DNA from: an uncultured virus (IMG/VR IMGVR_UViG_3300034082_002096)
Lineage: Duplodnaviria > Heunggongvirae > Uroviricota > Caudoviricetes
Length of the DNA stretch: 64,000 bases
Virus record (IMG/VR): IMGVR_UViG_3300034082_002096
Strand: one strand, 5' to 3'
Each line of letters begins with the position of its first letter. Within the stretch, counting starts at the first letter, position 1. The translations under genes were made by a program, and so were the position numbers. Below the pieces are notes generated by a model. That model saw only the letters and a list, made by a program, of their open reading frames with translations. It made no database searches and was not told the origin of the DNA. Positions 56,666 to 64,000 of the stretch are shown piece by piece.

Positions 56666-56694
56666 ACGTTACTATGATTCGCTGCTTGTGTCAA
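56666..56694 (-). promoter_or_regulatory. Sigma70-type promoter with CGAATCA box
   Basis: TTGACA-N7-CGAATCA-TAG-TAACGT. Confidence 0.6.
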
Positions 56695-57049
56695 CCCATA
56701 TGATACGTGCATCTAGTGGCGGATTGTAGATTTTTTCAAACTTGCGAATAGTTCCTTCAACGTTTCTTCCATCATTTCTATATACTACATTTTTCCTACA
56801 TTTGTCTGGTGCATTTTCAAAATATATAAATGAAAAAGAATGATCTGGGTATCGTTTTTGTAACATTTCTACTGATATGCGTAATACACGATTATCACAA
56901 AAATTAACATCAGAAATAATAATATCGTCATTTGTTTGAATAAGTTGCTCTATAGATTTAATATCATCAATCACATAACCAGTCATTGAATTCAAAAGAT
57001 GTGATTTTCCACTTCCTGGTAATCCAATGACTAGAGTGATTGATGGCAT
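56672..57049 (-). CDS. Small P-loop kinase (polynucleotide kinase-like)
   Basis: VIGLPGSGKS, C..N..YR. Confidence 0.65.
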   Translation of the reverse strand: MPSITLVIGLPGSGKSHLLNSMTGYVIDDIKSIEQLIQTNDDIIISDVNFCDNRVLRISVEMLQKRYPDHSFSFIYFENAPDKCRKNVVYRNDGRNVEGTIRKFEKIYNPPLDARIIWVDTSSES

Positions 57050-57616
57050 TATATTAATCCTTTTGATTTTAACTCGCTATACAATGTATCTACTGAAATT
57101 GATTTCGAAGAATAATTAGTAGAATTACCATAATATTCTGCTTCTGATCTGCTATTATAGACTATAGACCTACAAAGTGCTTTATATTCAATAAAGGAAA
57201 TTTTTGGACATACTTTTTCTAATATTTGGTCAAACACCGTAAAATCTGGTTCTGGATTATCACTGGAATAATATGTAGCCTCTGTATCATCCCAACAGTT
57301 ACCACCACTGTATCCACCAGTTGACCATTCTGTTTTCAAGGTCTTACGTGGACCTTTTTCATCTTGATAGCGTTTTTTAGTTGGAAAATATTCTTCACCA
57401 GCTATTTCGTGAACAATTGTTTGAAATTCATTTCTGTCCATTTTGAATTACTTCCTCGTTATATAATTTTCCTGATTTAACCATCGTATCGCATCCAACC
57501 ATTAATAATGCAAAGCCAAAGCATATTGCAGTGAATTGCCATTGATTTTTCATTGCAATAATGAATATAAAAGTAAACGAAATAACTACAAATACTTGAA
57601 CAATTGTTATAAGCAT
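57049..57616 (-). CDS. Two hypothetical ORFs (57049-57441; membrane protein 57428-57616)
   Basis: Coupled ORFs. Confidence 0.7.
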
Positions 57617-57625
57617 TATATATTC

Positions 57626-58165
57626 CTATTCTTTTCCATGATGATCAATTGGTTTCCATATTTTCTTTTTCATAATACGACCAACATCATCGAAGGATAA
57701 TGGCATATAATTATGACAATCTACACCAACATCAATAGATAGTGAATTTGGATCATCTGGCAACGATCCATGGCTATGACCATATAATTGTATTGAACCG
57801 TAGTGACAACGATTCCAAACACGCATAGCATAGTGACATAGTGTAATCCATTGACCATTTACTTTGATTTCTTTTAGATCATCAATTGTATCCCATCCGA
57901 TTATTTGGACACCAGTTTTGTCATGGTTTCCTTTAATTAGATGCTTGATACCATTTAATCTATTGAAATATTCTTGTCCTTTTTCTAGATTTGAAAAACA
58001 AAAATCACCAAGAAACCAAACATGATCGTATTGTTGAATTTTTGAATTCCAATTAGAAATAATAGTGTCGTCCATTTCTTGAACCCCAGAAAATGGACGA
58101 TTACTATATTTAATAATATTTGCATGTCCAAGATGCAAATCAGAGGTAAACCATGTATTAGTCAT
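57626..58165 (-). CDS. Calcineurin-like metallophosphoesterase
   Basis: SDLHLGH, LGDF, GNHD, YGHSH, DVGVD. Confidence 0.9.
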   Translation of the reverse strand: MTNTWFTSDLHLGHANIIKYSNRPFSGVQEMDDTIISNWNSKIQQYDHVWFLGDFCFSNLEKGQEYFNRLNGIKHLIKGNHDKTGVQIIGWDTIDDLKEIKVNGQWITLCHYAMRVWNRCHYGSIQLYGHSHGSLPDDPNSLSIDVGVDCHNYMPLSFDDVGRIMKKKIWKPIDHHGKE

Positions 58166-59036
58166 TCTTCTATTCCAAAATGTTTCATCATAAATTTATT
58201 TGTTATTGGGTCAACAAACTGACCGCATTCTTTAATAATAAGCGTTGCAAACATTTCTAAATCTGGGTGTGCAAATGGGATTTCAAATCCTAGTCTGTCA
58301 TATTTTTGAATAGATTGTTCCGCAAGTTGTTTAATTTTTTCATTCATAATACTATGCCCACCTTAAAAAGAATTCTATTTCTTGTTCTTTATTATCAAAA
58401 TAAACGAGATCAGATATTGCCCAAAAACCATTATCATGACACCATTCGAAAATTTCTATTAACTTATCATCATCATTGTCAGTTTCTTTAATAAACTGAA
58501 TTCCATTTATTTCTTCACGTAAATACATTTCCCATACGTCTTCTTCTATTTCGACGGGTTGCATACTTGAAGGATGATGGAATTTTTTATATTTCATTAC
58601 TATTACTCTATATCTTCATCTAGCGGAACTTCTTGCGGATCGGCTGGAATTCTTGATTTATATAACTGCCCATTATGGTCACAGGCATACCATATACCAT
58701 CTACTAGTTTTTCAACCCATGCAATATGGTATGACGAATCCCAACTCAAACTACTAGCATTGGCATCCCACAAGCTTTCTGTCTCTCCTAAAGAACGTTC
58801 GGTTCCTGCGACTGAAGTATACGTTCCGTCTCTGTTACGAATATATTCACTATATATTACACGATATGTCATTCTAAAAATACACCTACATGACCCCATG
58901 ATACTTCAGTTGCACGTTTTGCAACTGAAACATTAGAGACTTCTATCCAATTATCTTTAAAATCTCCACCTTCATAATAGACTTGGTAATCTTGTGGTAA
59001 TGTTTGTAATTGTTTAATTAATTCAGATACTGTCAT
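58162..59036 (-). CDS. Four small hypothetical ORFs (58162-58347, 58352-58597, 58603-58872, 58869-59036)
   Basis: Tightly packed co-oriented ORFs. Confidence 0.65.
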
Positions 59037-59037
59037 A

Positions 59038-59263
59038 TTACCAACCGTCACTTCCCCATTTGCGATTTACTTCTTCATCAGTGAATTGTCCACCCATACG
59101 ATCAAAATTATCTTGACAAGATTCTGCTGAAGTATTTTTAAGTTCTGAAAACTTATTTGCAATTTGCCGTGCTACCTGATGATGTCCGATTATTCCACCC
59201 CATTCTGCATCATGGCGAACTTTTGTTTCAATTAGTTGTAAAATTTCATCGTGATAGGATCAT
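59038..59263 (-). pseudogene. 73-codon open frame one base out of register with its ATG
   Basis: ATG-A-TCC TAT CAC...; frame is open to TAA at 59038. Confidence 0.4.
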
Positions 59264-59604
59264 TATTACAATCCTTCGACAACCATTAATACAGCCTCAT
59301 ATATAACCCAAATTATGGCTGCTGCTAGTAGTACAAGAACCAGACCCACTAATATAGCAGCTACAATATCGGATACGGCAGCTCCTACAAACATAACTAC
59401 TAGTAGTGCAGTAATTAGTGCAGCTTTGCGTTCGTTATTCATTTTCTTCCCATTCTAAAAGTTTTTCCATAAGACCATACACACCAAGATTCTGAACATG
59501 CTGTTTAAAGGCTTGCTCTGTTGTAGTGCCCCAATATAACGATGGGATAAGGGTATAGGCTACATTATCAATCCACCATTGTTTGTATAGTTTATATGTT
59601 TCCA

Positions 59605-60720
59605 TCATATCACCATTCCATTTACGTCATGATTGTTGCTTCCATAAAACCAGTGTTTTTGGCTGGCAACGTGATTCGCTCTAACATACTTTGCCACACT
59701 TTGTCTAAAATGTCTATAGTCAAATGCATCTGCTATACGAACAACATAACCTTCATGAATATCACGATCAGTTTTTTCATTATATAATGAACGAATTTTT
59801 ACTTCATCCCATATTCCATCGTATAATACGGGAACCATTGGAATATTAAGTAAGTTAAACCATTCAACAGTATCGTCCCATGATAAACAAATATTTTGTT
59901 CATTCCAGATAGAAAAACCTAACAGATAACTTGAAAGATTATCATATTTTATAGAATGAACTGCATATAGATTTTCTGCACAAACTCGCCATCCATCGGG
60001 TAATTCATATGAACGTTGCATCCAAAAGTTTTTTGCCCAATCACGAGTATAATGTGATCTACCATCTACGCTACGAGCATGACAATATGACTTATATCCA
60101 GAAAAATTCTCACCATCCATCTTGCGAGTAACAATAACACGTTTACCTAAGAATCCAGATAAATCACGCATAATGCGGTCATCGTCTGTAATGCCGGGAC
60201 TCCACGATAAATGATAAGTTCTTGGATATTTTACATATTCTACAAATAAATCATCAATATCTGGATGCCAGCCCAATATTTTTTGAACTGACTCATCTGC
60301 AAACAATGGTCCTTTTGTTCGCTTCCCACTGTCAAGTATAACATTGCCCCATTTATCATAAACGTGGTCATAATACATATCTTCTGGAAGAACGATTTTT
60401 TCAATCTTTGCAGAAATACGAATATCTTCTACGCTAATAGTAGTTATTTCTGCATCAGCATGACAGCCTATTGGTTTATACATTCCTTTGCCAAAATTTA
60501 TTATTCCTGCATCACAAAGTGTTGCACCATTTTCTAAATAATATCCACCATCTGACCATAAACGCCGCTCAATGATATGGTGTGCATCAAGTTTTATAGG
60601 ATCACCTATTTCTTTGCCCATTATTATACGGCGTTCACCTTCTTTGATGCCACATATCACGCAACGATATCCATCACGTTCAAAAACTTCTTTTCTAAAT
60701 TCATCACGTGTTAATAGCAT
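59605..60720 (-). CDS. HNH-like domain fused to ATP-dependent RNA ligase
   Basis: RDGYRCVIC...AHHI...NGATLC; YVKYPRTYHL, TRKMDGEN, EGYVVR, AKYVR. Confidence 0.85.
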   Translation of the reverse strand: MLLTRDEFRKEVFERDGYRCVICGIKEGERRIIMGKEIGDPIKLDAHHIIERRLWSDGGYYLENGATLCDAGIINFGKGMYKPIGCHADAEITTISVEDIRISAKIEKIVLPEDMYYDHVYDKWGNVILDSGKRTKGPLFADESVQKILGWHPDIDDLFVEYVKYPRTYHLSWSPGITDDDRIMRDLSGFLGKRVIVTRKMDGENFSGYKSYCHARSVDGRSHYTRDWAKNFWMQRSYELPDGWRVCAENLYAVHSIKYDNLSSYLLGFSIWNEQNICLSWDDTVEWFNLLNIPMVPVLYDGIWDEVKIRSLYNEKTDRDIHEGYVVRIADAFDYRHFRQSVAKYVRANHVASQKHWFYGSNNHDVNGMVI

Positions 60721-60744
60721 TTTATTTTCTCTATAATTGTAAAA

Positions 60745-61938
60745 TTAAAAAATTACAGTTATACTACTGTAATGTTCAAATTCAATTTTATTTTTATTAC
60801 CATTGTCATCTATTTCATAAAGTTGAACGGCATGGTCAGTTTCTAATAAATCTTCAATATGTCGTTTCACTTTGTTTTTATCCGATGATTCATATGGGTT
60901 TACTGATGCCCCACCACCACCGTATCCTTGTGCATGAACTCGATATTTCATTCTGCTAAGTGACCTCCATCTGGATTTTTCTTATATTCTGCATCGCCTA
61001 AGTTAATTAACTTTTCAATATGTTTAGGATCAAAGTTCCAAGCAGGTTCTACCATGTTTATCAAATTATACCCATGACGATGGTTACATCTGCCATAATA
61101 CAGAGCATATCCATCGCCATGTGGACCAATTGAATATTTCATTTCGCATTTACACTCTTCAAATAGAGCCTGAAAAGAGTTTACTTCTATCATAATCACA
61201 CACCTTGTTCAATTTAGTTTTCTAAAAATTTAGTCTTGTTGGATTTGATGGTCCGTGAGATATTTCTTAGCTTCATCTACAATCTGAGAAATTTCGTTAA
61301 ATTGCTCAAATGTCATTAGTGCAGGCCCATTCATACTCATTCGCACATTAAGTCCACGAGTGTCAGTATGAAACCAATCATCTACTCCACGCTGGAAAGG
61401 GCGGCGATGCTCATGCTTGGTTGCATAATCCCAACCATCTAGTGCTACAAAAATAGTAATATTTGTGCTTCCCTGTCCGTTGTTTATACCAGTAAATGTT
61501 TTACGTAGTTCAATACGGGCATTTTCCTTGCCCATATTAAAATGTTTAGATTTCCAACGTGTTGCATCAGCTTCGCTCATTTGTGGAACATATCCGCCTG
61601 TGGGGCCATCTTCGAATCCAGCCTCAATGATAACTTTTGCAGGTTTAGTAAAGTCAAGTAATGATTTTTCTTCTGTCATTTTAGTTTACCGGATGCAAAA
61701 CAAGACAACGGGGTTTTTTCAACATTGCTTCCCACAAGTCTTCATCCATGTCTGCATCGTCAGCAGACAATGTAGAATCATAAACTTCGCCATACCAAGT
61801 AGTTTCTGCAAGATAGATACCATCTGGATCGGCACCAGAAAGTGGACTATATCCATTTCCTTCGGCATCTTTTTGCACAATACATTCCATTTCTGGATCA
61901 AGTGTTGATAAAATCTCTAATAGTTCACGAACTTTCAT
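60745..61938 (-). CDS. Four hypothetical ORFs (60745-60951, 60948-61199, 61230-61679, 61681-61938)
   Basis: Co-oriented ORFs. Confidence 0.7.
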
Positions 61939-61986
61939 ATATTATCCTATCGTTTTCTTGTTAATTGTTTATTAATTAATCAGTAA

Positions 61987-62430
61987 TTACAAGTCCATAT
62001 TTTCCATTATACATAGCGAAAGAAAATGTTTTGCCATACTTTCATGTAGTGGAAATGCAAATTGTTCAGTATCGCCAGCATAAGATGATAATGCAAAAGC
62101 AGATACTTCTGAATTGATAACCAGTTTAAGAAAGTCGTCTTTGTTGAATTCACGAGTTATACAAAAAATTAAAACTTGATTATTTGGAGTAATTAAACTT
62201 TTCCATAATTGAAGTTCACTTTCGCTAATAAGCAGTCCAGTTTCTTCTTGCAATTCTCTACGAGCAGCAATTTCAATGCTTTCGCCTTCATCAACAAATC
62301 CACCGGGAAGGGCAAACATTCCTTTTTTTGGTTCAATATTACGTTTTACTAACAATAGTCGAGTTCCAAGTTCATCAACAAATGGAACTAATAGCACTGC
62401 TACTGGTGTGGGATTTTTATATTCAGTCAT
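61987..62430 (-). CDS. Nudix hydrolase
   Basis: GGFVDEGESIEIAARRELQEETGL Nudix box. Confidence 0.93.
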   Translation of the reverse strand: MTEYKNPTPVAVLLVPFVDELGTRLLLVKRNIEPKKGMFALPGGFVDEGESIEIAARRELQEETGLLISESELQLWKSLITPNNQVLIFCITREFNKDDFLKLVINSEVSAFALSSYAGDTEQFAFPLHESMAKHFLSLCIMENMDL

Positions 62431-62441
62431 TTTATATCCAA

Positions 62442-63128
62442 TTATTTTAATAAATTATTTACAAATTCTGGAACAATGACTGTTGCTAGACCTTCAATTT
62501 GTTCATCAAAATTCTTAGTATCATTTGTTGCATATAAATTTAGTTCCACTGTTTTTGCCTTTGCCATCTTTGCAGCACGTGCAAAACCAGCAGCGGGATA
62601 TACATTTCCAGATGTACCAATAGCAATGAATAAATCTGCGACTTCTATCTTGCTTTCGATATAATCCATCGAATATGGAATCTCACCAAACCATACAATG
62701 TCTGGTCTTACTTTTGCTGTATCACATTCAAGACATTTATCGTCAAGCCTCATGATTTCGTTTGCTGGATAAAATGCACCACAATTCGCACACAATGCAT
62801 TTGCCAAGCTGCCATGCATATGTATTACTTTTGGTGATCCGCCACGTTCATGCAAATCATCAACATTTTGCGTAATTAGTGTAACATCATGCCGCCCAGA
62901 ATTTTGCAATCTTGCAATAGCTTCATGTGCTGCATTTGGCATTGCATTTTTAACATCACTACGACGATTGTTATAAAAATCTAATACAAGTTGTGGATTT
63001 CGCTTATATCCAGCAGGAGTAGCAACATCTTCAACATTGAAGCCGCTCCATAGACCATCATCTGCACGAAATGTTGGAATACCACTTTCAGCAGAAATTC
63101 CTGCACCTGTTAAAATTACAATACGCAT
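62442..63128 (-). CDS. cobB: Sir2/CobB NAD-dependent deacylase
   Basis: GAGISAESGIPTFR, TQNVDDLHE, HG, two CxxC, GTSG.VYPAA. Confidence 0.95.
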   Translation of the reverse strand: MRIVILTGAGISAESGIPTFRADDGLWSGFNVEDVATPAGYKRNPQLVLDFYNNRRSDVKNAMPNAAHEAIARLQNSGRHDVTLITQNVDDLHERGGSPKVIHMHGSLANALCANCGAFYPANEIMRLDDKCLECDTAKVRPDIVWFGEIPYSMDYIESKIEVADLFIAIGTSGNVYPAAGFARAAKMAKAKTVELNLYATNDTKNFDEQIEGLATVIVPEFVNNLLK

Positions 63129-63149
63129 TTTATCTTTACCTCTTTATTT

Positions 63150-63225
63150 TGGTTGTCCCAACAAGACTCGAACTTGTATCTGACGATTATCAGTCGCCTG
63201 CACTAACCATTTGTGCTATAGGACA
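63150..63225 (-). tRNA. tRNA-Ile(GAT)
   Basis: Full cloverleaf, CT-GAT-AA loop, ACCA. Confidence 0.92.
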
Positions 63226-63237
63226 ATGATAGCATAA

Positions 63238-63640
63238 CTAAGTTCCACAGTCAATACGCCACGGACACTTACTTAGAAATTCTGTTGAGCAATCATCGTC
63301 GCCCCAACATGGCATTGGTGTATTGCCACGCAATTCTTTAATTTTATTATGAATGTGCGTAACATCTACTACTGTGTTAGTATAATATGCTTCATTTTGA
63401 AGTCTGGCAGATTCATCAAGTAATTTCTGAATTTCCATCATCATTTTCTTCCATATTTAAAAAATGTGCCATACCACAAGTGCAATCTTCACAATTATCT
63501 TTTGCATCAAAATCACAGTCACACATATCAATAATAAAATTACCTTTATCCAGAAGATATTTTAGAATTTCAATTGCAGAAGTTTGCTCACCATCTTCTA
63601 ATTCAGATAGTGCAATTTCTATTTCAGCTTTACTAATCAT
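63238..63640 (-). CDS. Two small Cys-containing hypothetical ORFs (63238-63444, 63416-63640)
   Basis: ORFs between tRNAs. Confidence 0.6.
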
Positions 63641-63678
63641 ATTATATTTTTCCTATTAATAATATATTTGTAGGTTTA

Positions 63679-63754
63679 TGGCCCCCAAGGACGGAATCGA
63701 ACCGCCGACACCATGCTCTTCAGGCATGTGCTCTACCAACTGAGCTACTTGGGG
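63679..63754 (-). tRNA. tRNA-Phe(GAA)
   Basis: Full cloverleaf, CT-GAA-GA loop, GCCA. Confidence 0.92.
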
Positions 63755-64000
63755 ATATTTAATGATCGTAATATGAGCAACTATCCGTATCTTCGCATTT
63801 CTGCCAAGGTTTCATCCATTGATTGCAAATGCCACATTTTACATATGAAGTTTTATTCGCATCCATTGTATTGGTGTGGTTTGTGTGATGAGTTATATAA
63901 GATTCAAAATCTTTTGCAGTTTGTTCAGCTTCAAAATAAAATGTATGCTCGTATATGTCTGTATATTGTGAAAAACTCCATCTGTGTCGATCAACATTTT

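Noticed and set aside
1..64000. Stop-codon reassignment
   Set aside because: Conserved genes are full length in the standard code and no suppressor tRNA is seen

Overview
This window is an AT-rich, gene-dense segment of a large T4-related (jumbo) myophage genome in the standard genetic code. The host is probably alphaproteobacterial, based on a hemO-pcyX pair, GcrA/CcrM-type CGAATC[A/G] boxes in promoter spacers, a tRNA-His with A73 and no G-1, and S-x-R-P-x-A-R linker repeats. Bases 1-13.2 kb (+) carry replication and nucleotide genes: PolB, a putative clamp, thymidine kinase, RNase H-like nuclease, a MoxR/VWA pair, DHFR and ThyA. Bases 13-24.5 kb (-) carry late genes with TAAATA promoters, including modular polyprotein-like head proteins and a kinase. 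These are followed by ClpA, spanins, IF-1, PhoH, HemO/PcyX, a DNA methyltransferase, clamp loader, GroES, a DnaE fragment, topoisomerase II and ClpP. Bases 45-64 kb (-) are an accessory region with RNA-repair enzymes, Pth2, Sir2, Nudix and tRNAs. The best candidate for an undescribed system is a transcription unit at 49.73-50.9 kb. It consists of a DIP1984-like coiled-coil gene followed by about 500 nt of structured non-coding RNA: a domain closed by a 14-bp inverted repeat that holds tandem (A/U)UUG repeats, then a circularly permuted, CCA-bearing tRNA-like RNA. Also notable are a rearranged tRNA-Arg(ACG) with its D-loop sequence placed 3' of the anticodon arm, a 1377-aa multi-enzyme virion polyprotein, and a uORF-stop/hairpin leader. 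All family assignments come from motif recognition by eye; no database search was run.
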